A DNA stretch of 64,000 nt from Dehalococcoidia bacterium (GTDB taxonomy: Bacteria > Chloroflexota > Dehalococcoidia > Lucifugimonadales > Australimonadaceae): the NCBI GenBank assembly GCA_034428575.1, contig DAOUHP010000079.1, positions 1,163 through 65,162 of the forward strand, given 5' to 3'. Of this stretch, positions 27,307 to 36,809 are shown in pieces (the first letter of the stretch is position 1; the number at the start of each line of letters is the position of its first letter). The position numbers were made by a program, and so were the translations under genes. The notes beneath the pieces were generated by a model that worked only from the letters and a program-made list of their open reading frames with translations, did no database searches and had not been told where the DNA came from.

Positions 27307-28686
27307 TTACGTCTTGTCCACCATCAGTTCGCGCCAATAGCGGTAGAACTGTCGCTGGTTCACCTCGGTTATATGCGGGCCAAGCAGGCCGGGCAGTCCG
27401 GCCACGTCCCAATCCTCGCTACCGGGATAGCTCTGTTCGTAGCCGAGGCTCATCGTGTAGTCGAACGGCACCTTCCGGGCCCTGGGACCGCGCACCATCT
27501 CAGAGATGCGCTCAAAGTTCTCTCCGTCGTCCATCCCCACCAAGCCTGCGCCAGCCTGGCCTTGCATCAGCGCTGCGATGGCGGTCTCCTTCACGACCTT
27601 CGGTGCGTCCTTCTCCACAGCACCCCACTGCCACAGGTTGGTCCGGTATGGGCCGCGTGGATGCCAGACCAGCAACCCTATCGCCTCGAGTGCGCTGGAG
27701 ACACCGATGACGGAGAAATTGGGGAACATGTTGCCCCGCACGAAACTGTAGGCATCCTCCTTGACAGTCCGCACCCGCTCTCGAAGCAGGTTGTACCGGT
27801 GCTGCACCCACTCTACCGCTTCCGGCCCCAACGACTCGGCAGCATACAGGTCGTTCTCGAAGGTGTGCCGCCCCACCCGGAAACTGCCCAGACCATGCGG
27901 CGCGCCTTGAAGGTAACCGGCGGTCACCTCGTAAGTGGGGTCCTCAGGTCCGCGGCGTCGGAGCCGTGCTCGACGACCCGTGCCCCCGCCGTTGGCGGCT
28001 TGCGCTTCCATCTGGTACAGCTTGATGACCGATGCATGCGTCGACGCGAAGTGGTAGTGATCACCTTGGAAGTTCTCCGCAAGCAGCTTCCAGTTCCCCG
28101 GTAGCATGTAGCTCTGCTTACCCGGTACCACCTGTATCCCACCCAGCCATTCAACACTCAAGAACGTCTCCAGGTACCACTTCACGTCCCCCAGATATGC
28201 ATCCAGGGACATCGCGTCCGCATCCCAGTTCCCAAAGATCAACCCTCCTGCACTCTCCACCCGCGGCACTTCCACGAGCCCCATCTCACCCCGGTCCAAC
28301 TGACCAAGGTACACCTCGTCGTAGTGCGGAACTCCCGTCAACTGACCTTCACTACCGTACGTCCAACCATGGAAACTACACGTGAACGCCTTCGCGTTCC
28401 CGCGATCGAACAAACACACCCGGTTCCCTCGGTGACGGCACTTGTTGAGGAATACGCGGACCTTCCCATCCATCCCCCGCATCACGATCACAGCGTCTTC
28501 GCCCATGTAGTTCGTGATGTAATCGCCCGGCTTCGGCACCATCGACTCGTGCGCAAGGAATAGCCAACTCTTCCCAAACACACGCTCCTGCTCCAGGGCG
28601 TAGACCTCTTCCGAGACGAAGATCTCGTTGTCTACGATCCCACCCTCTACGTCCACAAGTTCCTCGAACCGACCCTTCAACACCAT
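27307..28686 (-). CDS. Rieske ring-hydroxylating oxygenase, alpha subunit (copy 4)
   Basis: CRHRGNRVC...CSFHGWTY and ENFQGDHYHFASTH. Start at MVLKGRFEEL (28686). The track ORF's longer N-terminus is Cys/Arg-rich and implausible. Confidence 0.9.
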   Translation of the reverse strand: MVLKGRFEELVDVEGGIVDNEIFVSEEVYALEQERVFGKSWLFLAHESMVPKPGDYITNYMGEDAVIVMRGMDGKVRVFLNKCRHRGNRVCLFDRGNAKAFTCSFHGWTYGSEGQLTGVPHYDEVYLGQLDRGEMGLVEVPRVESAGGLIFGNWDADAMSLDAYLGDVKWYLETFLSVEWLGGIQVVPGKQSYMLPGNWKLLAENFQGDHYHFASTHASVIKLYQMEAQAANGGGTGRRARLRRRGPEDPTYEVTAGYLQGAPHGLGSFRVGRHTFENDLYAAESLGPEAVEWVQHRYNLLRERVRTVKEDAYSFVRGNMFPNFSVIGVSSALEAIGLLVWHPRGPYRTNLWQWGAVEKDAPKVVKETAIAALMQGQAGAGLVGMDDGENFERISEMVRGPRARKVPFDYTMSLGYEQSYPGSEDWDVAGLPGLLGPHITEVNQRQFYRYWRELMVDKT

Positions 28687-28741
28687 GACTACCCCCTTCC
28701 CGCGTAGCATCCTCTGTCCAGTCGGACTGGTGTATCCGGCC

Positions 28742-29236
28742 CTACAGGAAGATCGACAAAGCCCTCGGTAGTGTTTTCTGCACGAGCAACACGTCGCGTT
28801 TGACGATCTTCCATCCATCATCAGACATACGAAGCACATCCTCACGCCGGCCGCTCCAGATACTCTCGTAGACATCCCGCCTCACCTGGGTGACGATGAT
28901 GTCGGAGTCGATAATCATGTCGCCGTCGACACCCTCCTCGGGCAGGATATTGGTGACGGCGTGTTGCGTGATGGACGCAGGCGTCTCGACGTGAGCCAGG
29001 CCGGTGTCGAGCTTCTTCACGCGCGCCGCGAGGTCTTCCTTCGTATCACGTATCCAGTCGAAGTGGGGCAGGTCGGAATCATCCTGAACGCCCTGCAAGT
29101 ATTCGGGCGTTCGTACCGTATACAAGAGGTCATCCGAAAACATGTCAAGCCATTCGTGGAAGCGCCCCGCGTCGAGGAGTTTAGCTTCCCGATAGTATTG
29201 CAGGACAATCTCCAGGTAGGTTTGCGGGTCGAGCAT
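28742..29236 (-). CDS. Rieske ring-hydroxylating oxygenase, beta subunit (encoded upstream of its alpha)
   Basis: The last 164 aa of the 611-aa track ORF (MLDPQTYLEIVLQYYREAKLLDAGRFHEWLDMF...) look NTF2-like. The remainder of that ORF is antisense to the binding-protein gene at 29615. Confidence 0.8.
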   Translation of the reverse strand: MLDPQTYLEIVLQYYREAKLLDAGRFHEWLDMFSDDLLYTVRTPEYLQGVQDDSDLPHFDWIRDTKEDLAARVKKLDTGLAHVETPASITQHAVTNILPEEGVDGDMIIDSDIIVTQVRRDVYESIWSGRREDVLRMSDDGWKIVKRDVLLVQKTLPRALSIFL

Positions 29237-29510
29237 ACTGTTCACTCTTCCGACACGAAGACCTCGTTGTCTACGACCACGCACTACATCTGTGAGCTCC
29301 GCCAACGGTCCCTCAACCCCATGGCTGCCCCCCGCCGTGCGTGAGCGCCACGCTACGACCAGGGAGCCAGAACGCCGAAATCGTAGCACCGTCAAGCCCA
29401 TGCAGCAACACGGGCGCTGGCTGATGGAGCCTAACAGGCTATCAAGGCCTGCCTCATCGGCGGAATAGTCAGTAAAGCCTGCCAAGAATCGACTGCAAAG
29501 GTGCATGAGC

Positions 29511-29539
29511 TTGTCAGCACTCAACGAGAAGCGTACACT
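29511..29539 (+). promoter_or_regulatory. Sigma-70-like promoter for the binding-protein/permease pair
   Basis: TTGTCA-N17-TACACT, about 75 nt upstream of the ATG at 29615, in a 378-bp divergent gap. Confidence 0.45.
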
Positions 29540-29614
29540 CCCGTCGCTCTCGTGAGGGAGCGTGTTGCGCATATTCCCTACAGGGGGAACATTCCGGATC
29601 CAAGGAGTGAGCCG

Positions 29615-30856
29615 ATGACCGCAAAACGCTTCATAGCCATCGCGACAGGTGCCTTGCTGATAGGCATCTTGGCAGGATGCGGCGCCGACCCAACGCCGAC
29701 AGCCACCCCACCACCGCCGGAGCCAACTCCCACAACAGCGGCCGCCATGCCAGCCCCGGAGCCGGAGCCGGCTGCCATGAGCCTGGCTGACAAGATCGCC
29801 GAGCTGGAGTGCGATCGCGAGGTAGTGGGCACCATCGTGCGATGCAACAACTTCTTCACGGACTACTGGCCAGTAGTCGAGGAAGCACTGCAGCAGCTCT
29901 ATGAGGAAGCCATGACCGAAGAGAGTGGCGAAGTCATCAACTGGGGATTCAGTCCGCCGAACCAGGCCCAACAGGGCGCCTTCACGGCAGCCTACCCCGG
30001 CATGAAGGTTATCGGTCAGGGTTTCCAGTTCGGTACGTCGGCTGCCATCATAGCCGCCCAGCAGGCTGGCAAAGTCGAAGCTGACCTCACCGGTGGGGCC
30101 ACCCAGATCTGGAAGCCCGCTTACAACGAAGGCGCCATCGACACGACCATCGATTGGAGCGCCCTCGGTATACCCACCGAGTTCCTGGACCCCAAGAACC
30201 CGGGCATGGTCTTCAACAACATGGGTGGGCACGTTCAGTGGTACAACGCCAGTGCCTTGGATGAGGCTGACGTTCCGACCAACCCCTTCGACTACCTGAA
30301 TGAGGACTGGGAGAACCGTGTGGCCAGCAGCATCCGCTTTTTCCCGCTCGGCATGGCCTACACGGCCGTCAAGTTTGGCGAAGAACGCACCGATGAGCTT
30401 GCCACCCGACTCATCGACGAGAAGATCGTCACCCTCGTGGAGAACCCCGGCGCTCTCGTAGTAGCAGGGGAATACGACGTGGCGTGGCCGAGCACCGAAC
30501 GCGCTCTCTACAACGAGACGCTGGCGAAGTTCACCGGCGTTCTCGGTTGGGAGGGAGGCGGTACTTGGCCGGGGCATTCAGGGATAATTAAGGGCGCCAG
30601 GAACCCCAAGGGAGCGATGTTGTATGCCGTCTGGCAGAACTTCGATCCCGAGTGGATCAGCACGCAGTTCAGCGACCCCAACCTCCCGCCCTCAAGGCCC
30701 TACGTGGGCATACCCACGTGGCCAGACCGCCATATCGGCCTTCAGGCGATCCTGAGCAAGCTGGACCAGGACTGGTACACGGTAGAGGACTCGGACATCG
30801 TCGATGAGGTGAACCGACTGACGTCCAAGTACCGGACCATGATCACGGGAGGCTGA
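29615..30856 (+). CDS. ABC transporter substrate-binding lipoprotein
   Basis: MTAKRFIAIATGALLIGILAGC lipoprotein signal followed by a Pro/Thr/Glu linker. AAGGAG lies 7 nt before the ATG. Confidence 0.8.
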   Translation: MTAKRFIAIATGALLIGILAGCGADPTPTATPPPPEPTPTTAAAMPAPEPEPAAMSLADKIAELECDREVVGTIVRCNNFFTDYWPVVEEALQQLYEEAMTEESGEVINWGFSPPNQAQQGAFTAAYPGMKVIGQGFQFGTSAAIIAAQQAGKVEADLTGGATQIWKPAYNEGAIDTTIDWSALGIPTEFLDPKNPGMVFNNMGGHVQWYNASALDEADVPTNPFDYLNEDWENRVASSIRFFPLGMAYTAVKFGEERTDELATRLIDEKIVTLVENPGALVVAGEYDVAWPSTERALYNETLAKFTGVLGWEGGGTWPGHSGIIKGARNPKGAMLYAVWQNFDPEWISTQFSDPNLPPSRPYVGIPTWPDRHIGLQAILSKLDQDWYTVEDSDIVDEVNRLTSKYRTMITGG

Positions 30857-30896
30857 TATCCGAACCTGCTAGTCCTCACGTGGAGAAAAGGTAAGC

Positions 30897-30946
30897 GGGA
30901 GAGGCCGGTGGAACGCAGCAGCTGCGAGCACCATCCGGTCTCTCCC
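30897..30946 (+). other. Stem-loop between the binding-protein and permease genes
   Basis: gggagaggccgg (30897-30908) pairs with ccggtctctccc (30935-30946), giving 12 bp with one G-U pair. It extends by 3 bp across a 1-nt bulge, with an inner cgcag/ctgcg stem. Confidence 0.5.
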
Positions 30947-30962
30947 ACTATAGGCTCCCGAA

Positions 30963-32795
30963 ATGCGAAACTTCAGCACAACGGACCCGAACGAGGCGCG
31001 AGTTCTCCGCAACCCGACAGGAGGGTCATTCCTTTCCTTCATAAGCCGCCGTGTGCAGTTCAACGGAATGACTGTTCTCACTGCCGGCGTGGTCATAGCC
31101 CTCGTATACCTGCTCATCGTACCGATGGGAGCGCAGTTATACGCCTCCCTGAGAGGCCCCACCCTGCCTTATGTGGAAGGCGCGACCACAGGCATCCAGA
31201 ACTTCATCGAGATCAGCGATGCTTCAGGGTTAGGGGTCACGATCCGGGACACCGGCATATTCGTTCTCGGGTCTGTGGCGATTTCATTCGCAATAGGCTT
31301 GACCTTTGCGTGGCTGGTTGAGCGAACGGATATTCCCGGGCGTTCATTCCTCTTCGTGATGATTCTGATCCCGTTCATCATGCCGCAGATCGTTCGCGCG
31401 CAGGCGTGGCTGCTGATGCTCAGCCCCAAGACAGGCATAGTCAATGAAGGGATCCGAGCGATCCTGCCGTTCTGGGAACGCGGCCCCATAATCCCGCAGT
31501 CGATGTTTGGCATGGCGCTGGTCCAGGGATTGGGTGGAGGCATATTCTTCTTCCTCATGCTTAGCGCCATGCTGCGCAACATGGACAGCTCGCTGGAAGA
31601 AGCAGGACGAGTCTCCGGTGCGGGAATCTGGCAGAACATCCGCCGAGTTACCTTGCCTATCCTGCGTCCGGGAGTACTTGCCGTTCTACTGCTCAGCATC
31701 ATCCACACTCTGGGAGTCTTCGAGGTCCCTCTCCTCTTTGGCATCGCTGCGGGAGCCAATATCTTCAGCCTGAGGATATGGAACGCGATCCAGGGCAGCG
31801 GAGAAGAATTGCCTCTGTACGGCATCGCCTCCGCATACGGCATAGTCTTCCTGCTACTGACTTCGCTCTTGTTCGTAATATACGCATTCGCAACCCGCCA
31901 GGCGTCTCGCTTCGCCACCGTTGGCAGCCGTGGATTCCGGCCTCAGCGTGTTACCTTAGGCAGGTGGACCTGGGTCATCATGTTCTTCCTGGCGTTCTAC
32001 TTCCTCATCAATGCGGTCCTGCCCATCGTCATCCTGGTCTGGCAAAGCCTCTTGCGGTTCTACGTCCCGTTCTCCTGGAACGCCTTTGCCGATCTCACGA
32101 GCCTGGACGCGTACCGAACCGTTCTCTTCGAAGATCAACGGTTCTGGGGTGCGCTGATGCGCACGCTCATCGTGGCCAGCCTGAGCGCTATTCTCGCGGT
32201 AACGCTATCCACGGTGGCCGCCTGGATCGTGGTACGAACGCGCTCCAGGGTCGGAGGACGCCTCCTGGATCTGTTCGTTACCTCATCGGTTGCCATCCCT
32301 GCAACGGTAGCCGCAGTTGCCTTCTTCCTGTTCTATTTCCTGATGTCAGACTGGATACCTCTGTATGGAACCATGTGGGTCCTGGTCGTCGCGTATGCTT
32401 ATCGTACCTCGGTTGCATACAGGATCACGTATGCCGGGGTCATACAGGTCAGCAACGAGTTGGAAGAGGCAGCGGCGGTGAGCGGAGCGGGCCGTCTCTA
32501 CACGCTGCGCAGGATCGTTGTTCCACTACTGATGCCGAGCATGTTTGTCGCATGGCTCCAGCTATTCATAATAGGAACCCACGAGTTCACGATTGCAATT
32601 TTCCTGGTGTCCTCGGAGAACCTGACGCTCCCCGTAGAGATATTCAGCCGGTTCAGCACCTCCGAAGGGACAACCGCTGCGCCCAGTGAGGGAGCAGCGA
32701 TGGGCGTGCTGCTGACACTCCTGGTGACGGTTCTTGTCCTCGTTCTGAGGAGGATCGTTTCACGCATCGGCGTCCAGGAAACGGCGACGGCGTAG
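30963..32795 (+). CDS. ABC transporter permease, fused two-domain type
   Basis: 610 aa with two membrane domains. Paralogue of the other three permeases. Confidence 0.85.
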   Translation: MRNFSTTDPNEARVLRNPTGGSFLSFISRRVQFNGMTVLTAGVVIALVYLLIVPMGAQLYASLRGPTLPYVEGATTGIQNFIEISDASGLGVTIRDTGIFVLGSVAISFAIGLTFAWLVERTDIPGRSFLFVMILIPFIMPQIVRAQAWLLMLSPKTGIVNEGIRAILPFWERGPIIPQSMFGMALVQGLGGGIFFFLMLSAMLRNMDSSLEEAGRVSGAGIWQNIRRVTLPILRPGVLAVLLLSIIHTLGVFEVPLLFGIAAGANIFSLRIWNAIQGSGEELPLYGIASAYGIVFLLLTSLLFVIYAFATRQASRFATVGSRGFRPQRVTLGRWTWVIMFFLAFYFLINAVLPIVILVWQSLLRFYVPFSWNAFADLTSLDAYRTVLFEDQRFWGALMRTLIVASLSAILAVTLSTVAAWIVVRTRSRVGGRLLDLFVTSSVAIPATVAAVAFFLFYFLMSDWIPLYGTMWVLVVAYAYRTSVAYRITYAGVIQVSNELEEAAAVSGAGRLYTLRRIVVPLLMPSMFVAWLQLFIIGTHEFTIAIFLVSSENLTLPVEIFSRFSTSEGTTAAPSEGAAMGVLLTLLVTVLVLVLRRIVSRIGVQETATA

Positions 32796-32861
32796 CCCGC
32801 GGCCCACGACGCTCCCGTCTGGCAGACCCTGGCGGTCGGACCCCGTTGCAGCCGCTGAGGC

Positions 32862-34070
32862 TTATGGGAGTTCGCAGAGTTCGAGTGGTCGCGTACCCAG
32901 GCGAACGCCGCCATTGGGCGTGACGACCACCGATTCACCGAAGTTCGCCCCGTAGGGCTTTCCGTCCAGCGTCGCACCGGGCTTGACGCACATCACGGCG
33001 CCTTCCAACATCTGGACTCGCATGGCCTCAGGCTTGACGTTGGGCGTGATGAGGGGGCCGTCGTCACCAGTGCCTCGTCCGTGCATGCCGAGGTTGACAA
33101 CCGCCCTGCCGTTGAGGCCCGTGATCCTCGCTGCTTCCATCAATTCACCCGCGGTAACGCCTGGCTTCATACGCTCCAGCACGCGCTCGAACGCTTCGAG
33201 CGTCAACTCCATCGAGTCCATGGTGTCCTGCCCTGCCGGGCCGAATGTGAACGTCTGGTCTATCTGCGCGATGTAGCCGCCCCAGCGGCCGTCAAACTCG
33301 ATCGCCAGGATGTCGCCCGCTTCAAAACTGCGGAAGCTGGGCTGTTCAACGCGGTGGTAGGGATTCCCTGCAGGGCCGCTGATCCAGCCGAACATTGGAG
33401 TGAAGCTGCCGCCTTCCCTGGCACTCGTGTACATCATCTGCGCGAATACGTGGCGCTCCCTGACGCCCGTCCGCGCGTGCTGTTTCACGGTATCGAGTAC
33501 CTTCTCTGCGAGCTGCGTGCCCTTTCGCAGGAATTCGACCTCTTCCTCGCTCTTCACGTACCGCGCTTCGCCCAGAAGGTCAGTCCCGGAGACGATCCCG
33601 GCCGCTGGATACGCCTTACGGACCGTCTCCACGGACTGCCAGTTCGCTTCACCCTCCGCCTCCCTGCAGTGCGCCAGGACGCCCCCTGTCAGCCCTGCGA
33701 TCGCAATCTTCCCACCTGCAAACCCGGCTTCCTTCAAGCGGTCGACGATCGCCTGTCCACCAGTGCCCCGGGACGCTGCCCGTATGTCGGTGAACCAATT
33801 GGAACTTGGCCAAACGCCTCCCCTGGACAGCCAGGCCGTCGGCTCGCCCTCAATGGGGAAATAGACGGTTGTCTCGTCGCTGTTCTCGCCCAACTGCGTG
33901 AGGTAGAGCGCATCAGCCCCGCCCCGGTTGTGGCTGTTGGAGCAGGGCAAACAAACGATGGCGTCAACCCCGTCGCGGTCCATCAATTCTCGGACCCTTG
34001 CCCATCGCCGGTCCCGTTCTGCTGTGGAGAAGACCGCATTGCTCCAGTCAGGGCTCCATGTCTCAATCAT
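32862..34070 (-). CDS. M24 family (creatinase/Xaa-Pro peptidase-like) protein
   Basis: 402 aa. The pita-bread core runs GDILAIEFDGRWGGYIAQIDQTFTF, MHGRGTG, CVKPG, FGESVVV. GGAGG lies 8 nt before the ATG at 34070. Confidence 0.7.
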   Translation of the reverse strand: MIETWSPDWSNAVFSTAERDRRWARVRELMDRDGVDAIVCLPCSNSHNRGGADALYLTQLGENSDETTVYFPIEGEPTAWLSRGGVWPSSNWFTDIRAASRGTGGQAIVDRLKEAGFAGGKIAIAGLTGGVLAHCREAEGEANWQSVETVRKAYPAAGIVSGTDLLGEARYVKSEEEVEFLRKGTQLAEKVLDTVKQHARTGVRERHVFAQMMYTSAREGGSFTPMFGWISGPAGNPYHRVEQPSFRSFEAGDILAIEFDGRWGGYIAQIDQTFTFGPAGQDTMDSMELTLEAFERVLERMKPGVTAGELMEAARITGLNGRAVVNLGMHGRGTGDDGPLITPNVKPEAMRVQMLEGAVMCVKPGATLDGKPYGANFGESVVVTPNGGVRLGTRPLELCELP

Positions 34071-34134
34071 CCGGCTCACCTCCAGGAGAGCATCGACTGG
34101 TTCACTCCCTCCATCAGGAGAGTGAAGAGGCGCG

Positions 34135-35343
34135 TTACACCAACTCGAAGAGCGTCTGCGGACGAGTCCCCAACCGCTCGGCGCCATCCGCACGGACAAC
34201 CACGGAGTCGCCCCAGCGTCCGTAGTCTGACTTGCCGTCTACGGTCGCACTGGGCTTCACAACCATGACGCAGCCTTCCTTCAATTCCACGTCCAGCACA
34301 CGCGGGTCGAAGCGCCCGGCGACCAGGGGGCCGTCGTCACCGGTGCCCCGCCCGTGCAACGTCAGGCGTGCCGCGCCGCGTCCGCCAAGGCCGTCGACTT
34401 CACCGGCCTTCATCAGTTCGCGAACGGTAACGCCTGGCTTCATGGCATCGACGACCCGGTTGAACGATTCATACGTCAGTTCCATGGCGCCGCGAACGTC
34501 GTCGGGCGCCGTTCCGAACGTGAAGAGCTGGTCGATCTGGCTGATGTACCCGCCCCACCGTCCGTCGAACTCCACGACGAGCACGTCACCCTCCGCGAAG
34601 CTGCGAAACGTGGGTTGCTCCACGCGGTGGTACGTATTGCCCAATGGCCCACTGATCCACCCGAACATCGGCTCGTAGCTGCCGCCCAGGTCAGCGAAGG
34701 TGTACAGCATGCGCGCCCACACTTCCCGTTCGGCGACGCCTGGCCGCGCGTGCTCGACGACCGACTGAAGCACCTGCTCCGCCAGCCAGGTGCCCTTGCG
34801 CAGGAATTCGATCTCCTCCTCACTCTTCTGGTACCGCGCTTCCGCGAGCAGGTCGGTAGCCGATGCGACGCGCGCGCTTGGGAATGCGTCCTTGATGATC
34901 TGGACTGACTGCCAGTTGGTCTCGCCTTCCAGGCTGCGGCTGTGGGACAGCACGCCGCCGGTCAGCCCGGCAACGCCGATCGTTCCGCGTTGGAATCCAT
35001 TCTCACGGAGCCAGCCGACGACCGTAGCGCCGCCGGTGCCGCGACCCGCAGCTCGGATATCTGAAAGCCAGTTGGACGATGGCCACACGCCGCCTCGTGA
35101 ATGCCATGCCGTGACGTCACCCTCCAGGGGAAAGACGACCGTCGCCTCATCGCTGTTCTCTCCTAGCTGAGTAAGGTAGCGGGGGTCAGCCTGACCACGA
35201 TCGTGGTTGCTCGTCCAAGGAAGACACACGATGAGGTCGATGCCGTCTCTGGCCATCAAGCTCCGCACCCTGGCCCAGCGCCGGTCGCGCTCGCCCAGTG
35301 AGAATACGGCATTGCTCCAACTCGGTGACCATTCGTCCGCCAT
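34135..35343 (-). CDS. M24 family (creatinase/Xaa-Pro peptidase-like) protein, tandem paralogue
   Basis: 402 aa and collinear with the 32862-34070 product (MADEWSPSWSNAVFS... vs MIETWSPDWSNAVFS...). GGGAGGAAAAG lies directly upstream of the ATG at 35343. Confidence 0.7.
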   Translation of the reverse strand: MADEWSPSWSNAVFSLGERDRRWARVRSLMARDGIDLIVCLPWTSNHDRGQADPRYLTQLGENSDEATVVFPLEGDVTAWHSRGGVWPSSNWLSDIRAAGRGTGGATVVGWLRENGFQRGTIGVAGLTGGVLSHSRSLEGETNWQSVQIIKDAFPSARVASATDLLAEARYQKSEEEIEFLRKGTWLAEQVLQSVVEHARPGVAEREVWARMLYTFADLGGSYEPMFGWISGPLGNTYHRVEQPTFRSFAEGDVLVVEFDGRWGGYISQIDQLFTFGTAPDDVRGAMELTYESFNRVVDAMKPGVTVRELMKAGEVDGLGGRGAARLTLHGRGTGDDGPLVAGRFDPRVLDVELKEGCVMVVKPSATVDGKSDYGRWGDSVVVRADGAERLGTRPQTLFELV

Positions 35344-35381
35344 CTTTTCCTCCCTCGGATACGGTGCACAAAGGGGGCTTG

Positions 35382-36764
35382 CTACTGGCGACCAGCCTTG
35401 CCTGCGGCCAGACGCGTCTCGTAGTCCGGCGGTCGGTGGCCTTTGGCAACAACCGGCACACCCAGTTCGTCCACGCACCAGGGGCGCGTTCCTTCGACCC
35501 AGGACTCGGCCTTGGGCAGCAAGCCCGTGGCCGAGCGGAACCGGTAGGCCGCCGGGTCGTCGACGCAGGACGGCACAACACCACGCTCCTCGAGCGCCAT
35601 CACAGCCTTCAGCAGCCGTTGTCGCACGCGGATATATGGCGCATCATTGGCACCCAGGTGCTCGATAGAACGGTCCAGGATCAGGCCCATGCTCTCTTGT
35701 ATGCCGCGGTCCTGGAGTTCGACTGCCGGAAGCCCAGAATAGCGCCTGGTTAGCTGTGCCTCCTCGCTGAACCCGTAGTCGTTGTTGCGATTACCCTTCT
35801 GATGCCATCGCCCACCGGACTCCGGGTCCGGTTCCACGTATTGCTCCCAACCCCAGTCGAAGATGCTGGTCTGCGAACTCTGCCCGCCACCCAGCGTGCC
35901 CTGACTCGATTCCAACGCGATTGGCCGAACCGGATGCCATTGCGTGGACCACACCAGCGTCGTTCGATCATCCATCGGGATCCAGATATGCCCCGGCACG
36001 ACCTGCATGGTGTCGCCAACGGGGGGGAACAGCGTGAGGAATGGAAAGAAGTAGTGACCGATGCCCCACAGGTAATGGTCCTCATCCCATCCTCGACGGA
36101 CGGCATGCGCAATGCCGTACTCCGTTTCCACGGCCTCGAAATGCGGTGTTTCCCGGAGAAAGCGGTCCAGGTGGTTGCCCATGAGGTACTGCTCGTCCAC
36201 GGTGCTGTGAAGGTAGGCGCCATGACCGAGGTCCAGATCGCCCTCCAAGGCCTGCATCCAGTTGCACTCCCTGACAGTGAGCCTCACAGCTTTGTGGTCA
36301 ACGGGCATCCGCGCCAGGCCATAATCGGGGAACGGCGGGGGCTGCTCACGCGGGCCCATGTATGCCCAGATCGTGCCGTTCACTTCGTGACACGTGTACG
36401 AAGGATGCTTGATCTTGTCCTTGAAATTGCTGCCCACTGGCTCCGCAGGCATCTCCAGACAGCGCCCATCGGGGCTGTACAGCCATCCGTGGTATACGCA
36501 CCGGAGTCCCTCATCCTCGTTCCTTCCGAAGTACAACGACGCGCCCCGATGCGAGCAATACTCAGATAGGAGACCGACCTCACCGGCAGTATTCCTGAAG
36601 ATGACCAGGTCTTCGCCTAGCAGTCGGATGCGCAGAGGCCGAGACCCCGGTCTCTCGACCTCCGTGCTTGGCACCACGGGGAACCAGAACTCGCGAAGCA
36701 GCCTGCCCATGGGCGTTCCAGGCCCCACCCTCGTTAGCAGGTCGTTGTCGGTTGCGCTAAGCAT
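35382..36764 (-). CDS. Rieske non-haem iron oxygenase, phthalate-dioxygenase-like single-subunit family
   Basis: N-terminal LLTRVGPGTPMGRLLREFWFP, Rieske motif CSHRGASL...CVYHGWLY, iron motif ECNWMQALEGDLDLGHGAYLH. GAGGAGG SD. Confidence 0.85.
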   Translation of the reverse strand: MLSATDNDLLTRVGPGTPMGRLLREFWFPVVPSTEVERPGSRPLRIRLLGEDLVIFRNTAGEVGLLSEYCSHRGASLYFGRNEDEGLRCVYHGWLYSPDGRCLEMPAEPVGSNFKDKIKHPSYTCHEVNGTIWAYMGPREQPPPFPDYGLARMPVDHKAVRLTVRECNWMQALEGDLDLGHGAYLHSTVDEQYLMGNHLDRFLRETPHFEAVETEYGIAHAVRRGWDEDHYLWGIGHYFFPFLTLFPPVGDTMQVVPGHIWIPMDDRTTLVWSTQWHPVRPIALESSQGTLGGGQSSQTSIFDWGWEQYVEPDPESGGRWHQKGNRNNDYGFSEEAQLTRRYSGLPAVELQDRGIQESMGLILDRSIEHLGANDAPYIRVRQRLLKAVMALEERGVVPSCVDDPAAYRFRSATGLLPKAESWVEGTRPWCVDELGVPVVAKGHRPPDYETRLAAGKAGRQ

Positions 36765-36809
36765 CTCTACACCTCCTCACACGATAGCTGCAGCGAGACA
36801 GCAGCCCGG

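Noticed and set aside
29237-30577. N-terminal ~447 aa of the 611-aa minus-strand ORF 28742-30577
   Set aside because: Only the last 164 aa look like a real protein, the Rieske beta subunit. The upstream part is antisense to the binding-protein gene at 29615-30856 and crosses a promoter-containing intergenic region.
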